Assembly: GCF_001194135.2 (NCBI RefSeq)
Contig: NC_068985.1
Location: 100,992,270-101,047,139 of the forward strand
DNA: 54,870 nucleotides
Direction of reading: 5' to 3'
Source: Octopus bimaculoides
Lineage: Eukaryota
Shown here: one piece after another, positions 50,883 through 54,870 of the stretch
How the letters are laid out: every line of letters begins with the position of its first letter
Position numbering within the stretch: the stretch's first letter is position 1
Position numbers and translations under genes: made by a program
Notes under the pieces: model-generated
Told to the model about the DNA's origin: nothing
The model's database searches: none
The model's input: only the letters and a program-made list of their open reading frames with translations

Positions 50883-50955
<73 letters not shown>
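50721..50955. repeat. Inverted compound microsatellite (ATT)n(AGT)n - spacer - (ACT)n(AAT)n
   Basis: The second block is the reverse complement of the first in both unit type and order; ~60-bp spacer. Confidence 0.85.
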
Positions 50956-50956
<1 letters not shown>

Positions 50957-50957
50957 C

Positions 50958-51230
50958 CTTTCTATTATGGGCACAAGGCCTGGAATTTGGAGGGAAGGGG
51001 AGACAATCGATTACATCGACTTCGGTACTCAAATAGTACTTATTTTATCGACCCGAAACTAGGACACCAAGTTTTGGGTGAATGAGTAAGTGTATTACGT
51101 TGAATGCAGTTTTCAAATGGTGCATGTTGTATTGACCCCGAAAGGATGAAATGTAAAGTCGACTTCGGCCTAATTTGAACTCAGATAGTAGACACGAACA
51201 AAATGACACCACTCATTTTGTCCGACGAGT
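50958..51230 (-). mobile_element. SINE family B copy interrupted by a 72-bp insertion
   Basis: B body resumes after 51130; atcgacccgaaa (51047-51058) is repeated as attgaccccgaaa (51131-51143). Confidence 0.75.
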
Positions 51231-52306
51231 TGTTGTTGTTGTCCATGATGATGTTGGTGGTGGTGATGGTGTTGTTATTGATGTTGTTGGTAGGGGTGTC
51301 GCTCTTGTTTTGTTATTATTACCCTGTTCCTGCTGCTGTAGTTGCTGCTGTTGTTATTCCTGCTAATGCCGGTCAGAGCGAGTCCACCAATGGAAACGCT
51401 AGAAGCGAAACTGCAAACAATGCTGTTATTATTGTGAATGCAGCGTGTAACAGCTTCACGTTAGAGAGGGAATTTATTGTATAAACAAACAGAACGACAG
51501 CGTGCACACACAAATACATACACACACAGACACACATACACAAACAAACATACATACACACGCGCGTGATAGAACAACATTCTAAGTATCAATAAGTGCC
51601 GTAGAGATGAAGGCTACAATGTGCGATCGCTCGCAATTGCAGAAATAGCAACCAAATCACATGAATAAGCTGATGGACATAACTTTAAAGAAAAAATGAA
51701 ATCCCGTAACAAATGAAATGAAATCATAATGAGAAATATCAAGTTCGACATCCCAGAAATTAGTTTGGGCTTCGCTTTCTTACTCCAACGATAGTCTGCT
51801 ACGAAATGATATCAGCAGCGACGACAATAATATTTACGTATAAATGCTCCTCGTGCTAACATTTCTGATTAATATACAATATTTACATATTTGAAAATAT
51901 CAAACACTGATGTAGTGCAGATAAAATATATATATTTTATATAGACAATGAATGAAAGATAAGGGGTGGACGAAACATAGGAGTGGAGAAAGTAAATGAG
52001 ATATGTATATATATATTAACAGGAAAGAACGCATATATAACTTGATAAAACTAGATCAAACCCTAAACGGCTGTATTAACTTAAATAGCAGTAGTGTTGT
52101 TTGTGATGTTAATGTTTGTGGAAGGGCGGTTTTGAAATTTACAAAGCGATTTTTAATAGATAAGTCTGAAAAAACAATGTTAGTTATAAAAATTACGGAA
52201 GCAGTTATTTACAACTATCAGCAGTTCGTCCTACCAGTCACGTACACGCACCACGCCCCATCGTATATATATGCATAAATACATACATACATACATATAA
52301 ATATAA

Positions 52307-52344
<38 letters not shown>

Positions 52345-52629
52345 NNNNNNNNNNNNNNNNNNNNNNNNNNNNNNNNNNNNNNNNNNNNNNNNNNNNNNNN
52401 NNNNNNNNNNNNNNNNNNNNNNNNNNNNNNNNNNNNNNNNNNNNNNNNNNNNNNNNNNNNNNNNNNNNNNNNNNNNNNNNNNNNNNNNNNNNNNNNNNNN
52501 NNNNNNNNNNNNNNNNNNNNNNNNNNNNNNNNNNNNNNNNNNNNNNNNNNNNNNNNNNNNNNNNNNNNNNNNNNNNNNNNNNNNNNNNNNNNNNNNNNNN
52601 NNNNNNNNNNNNNNNNNNNNNNNNNNNNN

Positions 52630-52676
<47 letters not shown>

Positions 52677-54349
52677 TAACTTTGTGTGTGCTTGTATGTC
52701 TATGAATGTTTATCTAAACATAGTTGTAGGTGTAGTGAATTATATCATTATGAATATACACATTCAGGCGCGGTGCGTATTTATGTATGTCTGTATGTGT
52801 GTATAAATGTATGTATGCACGTATCTTCAAGACTGCTTATTAAAGAAAATAAGCAAGTAAGCAGAAACATTACACATGTCGCGGAATCAGACATTAAAAA
52901 GAAAATGCACCGTTTCCAAGTTGCGGGCGTTGAAACGCTGGGCTATAAAGAAATATGCAAACATTATCATAAAACAGAAAACCAAAAAAAAACAAAAAAA
53001 AACATATCTAACGCGCAGTATATGATTATATCGGAGGTTTATAATGTGACTATAAATGAGTATTATATAAATATTATAATGCTGGTTTTAATATAACTTT
53101 TGTATTATTTGGATTTGGTATATATGCATTGGAAGTTCTAATACCCACATGTACAATGGGGCAAAACGTGATTTCGTTACGGATTTCTATATGTATGTGT
53201 GTATATATAATATTCATGTATAGTTTTCTTTATACATGTTCATATATAAATGCATATATAAATGCGTTTGTGTATATATATATATATATATATATNNNNN
53301 NNNNNNNNNNNNNNNNNNNNNNNNNNNNNNNNNNNNNNNNNNNNNNNNNNNNNNNNNNNNNNNNNNNNNNNNNNNNNNNNNNNNNNNNNNNNNNNNNNNN
53401 NNNNNNNNNNNNNNNNNNNNNNNNNNNNNNNNNNNNNNNNNNNNNNNNNNNNNNNNNNNNNNNNNNNNNTGTGTATATATATATATATATACATGCACTC
53501 ACGCACGTATATCAATGTATAGTTTTTTTAGAAGTATAATAGCATATGTAATTATAAGCACAAACATATATACATACACATAGGTATGTAGCGTAATGGG
53601 AACAAAGTATATACAAGTGTATGTTTCTGTTTGTGTAACTGTGTCTATTTTCGCCTGTATTTGTGTATTTGCGTTGCTTTGTGTGTGCCTATCTGTGTGT
53701 TAGATCCCGCCCGCCCGCGCGTGTGCGATTTTATGTGTGTTTTCCTGTGTGTCGATATGTTTGTATGTAAACATACATGTTTATTAGAAAGAAAAAACAA
53801 TACTACACGAAGGAAAAACAGTACGACAAAGTTTACAATATCAGAAGTTTATGGAGATGCAGAAAATAGGGAAAGTAATTATAACAGCATCGATAAAATC
53901 ACGAGGAAGAGATAATTATTACTTAAACAAACATAAAATGAAGTGAAGAATCTTGATCGGAAATGAAAATATCAAAATTACAAATGAAAATTTCATCCAT
54001 CGAATATAAGACGTCGTAATATTAAAAAAAAAAAAAAAAAAAAAAAACAATAACAAAACAGAAAATAAATAAATAATAGGAAGAAATATACCGTAACTAG
54101 TTATTGCTATTAATTTTAATTCTGTGACCTGTTGCGGACGAGTTGCTTTTATAACAGATTGGAATATCTACGATTATTAAAAATAAAAAAAAACAAAAAA
54201 AAAAAAGCAAATGGTCATATATTTTAGTCTTTTGTTTTCTGTATTCTTGTCAAGGAACGGATTGTATGTTTACTAATACAACTGTAGCGAAGAATATGAG
54301 TTTTCTAATGGATATACTATCAGGTAAGGGAGAATATACCGTAACAATA

Positions 54350-54444
54350 TATATGTATACAAACATACACATACATACACGCATGCGCATGCACACACGT
54401 ACGACACATAGCGCGCGTGCTCACACACACACACATACACACAT

Positions 54445-54475
<31 letters not shown>

Positions 54476-54813
54476 GACACACAGACATCAGAAAGTATAT
54501 TTCTCTGAACTCATTTTCCTTCGTTCGGTCTTTACTCTCTCATTCTCTTAAGCTATTATATTTTCTTTCTCTTCCGTTGCATTTGTGAATGTCCGTATTT
54601 TCACCACTCATTTACAGCCTTTCACTGTGTAACATTTTCGGTTTTATATTCCTGTTTGTCTCGGTCTCTCTATCTCTTTCTTTCTTTCTCTCTCTCTCTC
54701 TCGCTCTCACTCTCTCTCTCTCTCTCTCTCTCTCTTTTGTCTATCTCTCTCTTATCTTCTCTCTCTGTGTTACACACGTACACGTAGACATACACGTTCA
54801 CTCACAAACTCGG

Positions 54814-54870
<57 letters not shown>
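54350..54870. repeat. (CA)n and (CT)n microsatellite cluster
   Basis: Directly visible. Confidence 0.9.

Noticed and set aside
552-53583. All long ORFs containing X runs (e.g. 1852-2763, 20021-21187, 24771-25571, 39885-40634)
   Set aside because: They are open only because N-gaps contain no stop codons; flanks are dinucleotide microsatellites. The one real piece is the LINE C-terminus at 20082-20202.
1-54870. CRISPR array or any prokaryotic/phage system
   Set aside because: No regularly spaced 25-45-bp direct repeats with unique spacers, no operon-like ORF density, no Shine-Dalgarno-linked genes; the sequence is animal-like repetitive DNA.

Overview
AT-rich, microsatellite-saturated eukaryotic genomic DNA from a draft assembly: 16 N-gaps totalling about 5.2 kb, nearly all flanked by simple repeats. 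The repeat content most resembles an Octopus (coleoid cephalopod) genome; this is an inference from recalled SINE sequences, not a database result. I could not recognise any intact protein-coding gene, rRNA, true tRNA or CRISPR array. What the sequence does support: (i) two dead Tc1/mariner-superfamily DNA transposons, a DD41D rosa-type copy with TIRs and a DD34D mariner; (ii) decayed fragments of at least four non-LTR retrotransposon groups (R4/Dong-type with restriction-like endonuclease, RTE, CR1-like, I-group with RNase H); (iii) about 16 copies of four tRNA-headed SINE families, called A-D here; (iv) three long inverted-repeat/foldback structures; (v) a few low-confidence exon and promoter candidates in repeat-poor stretches. 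The strongest observation is that a CR1-like LINE 3' end and SINE family A share a ~42-nt tail that folds into two hairpins, each with a compensatory base-pair change, the signature of a LINE/SINE parasitic pair. Boundaries of degenerate elements are approximate.
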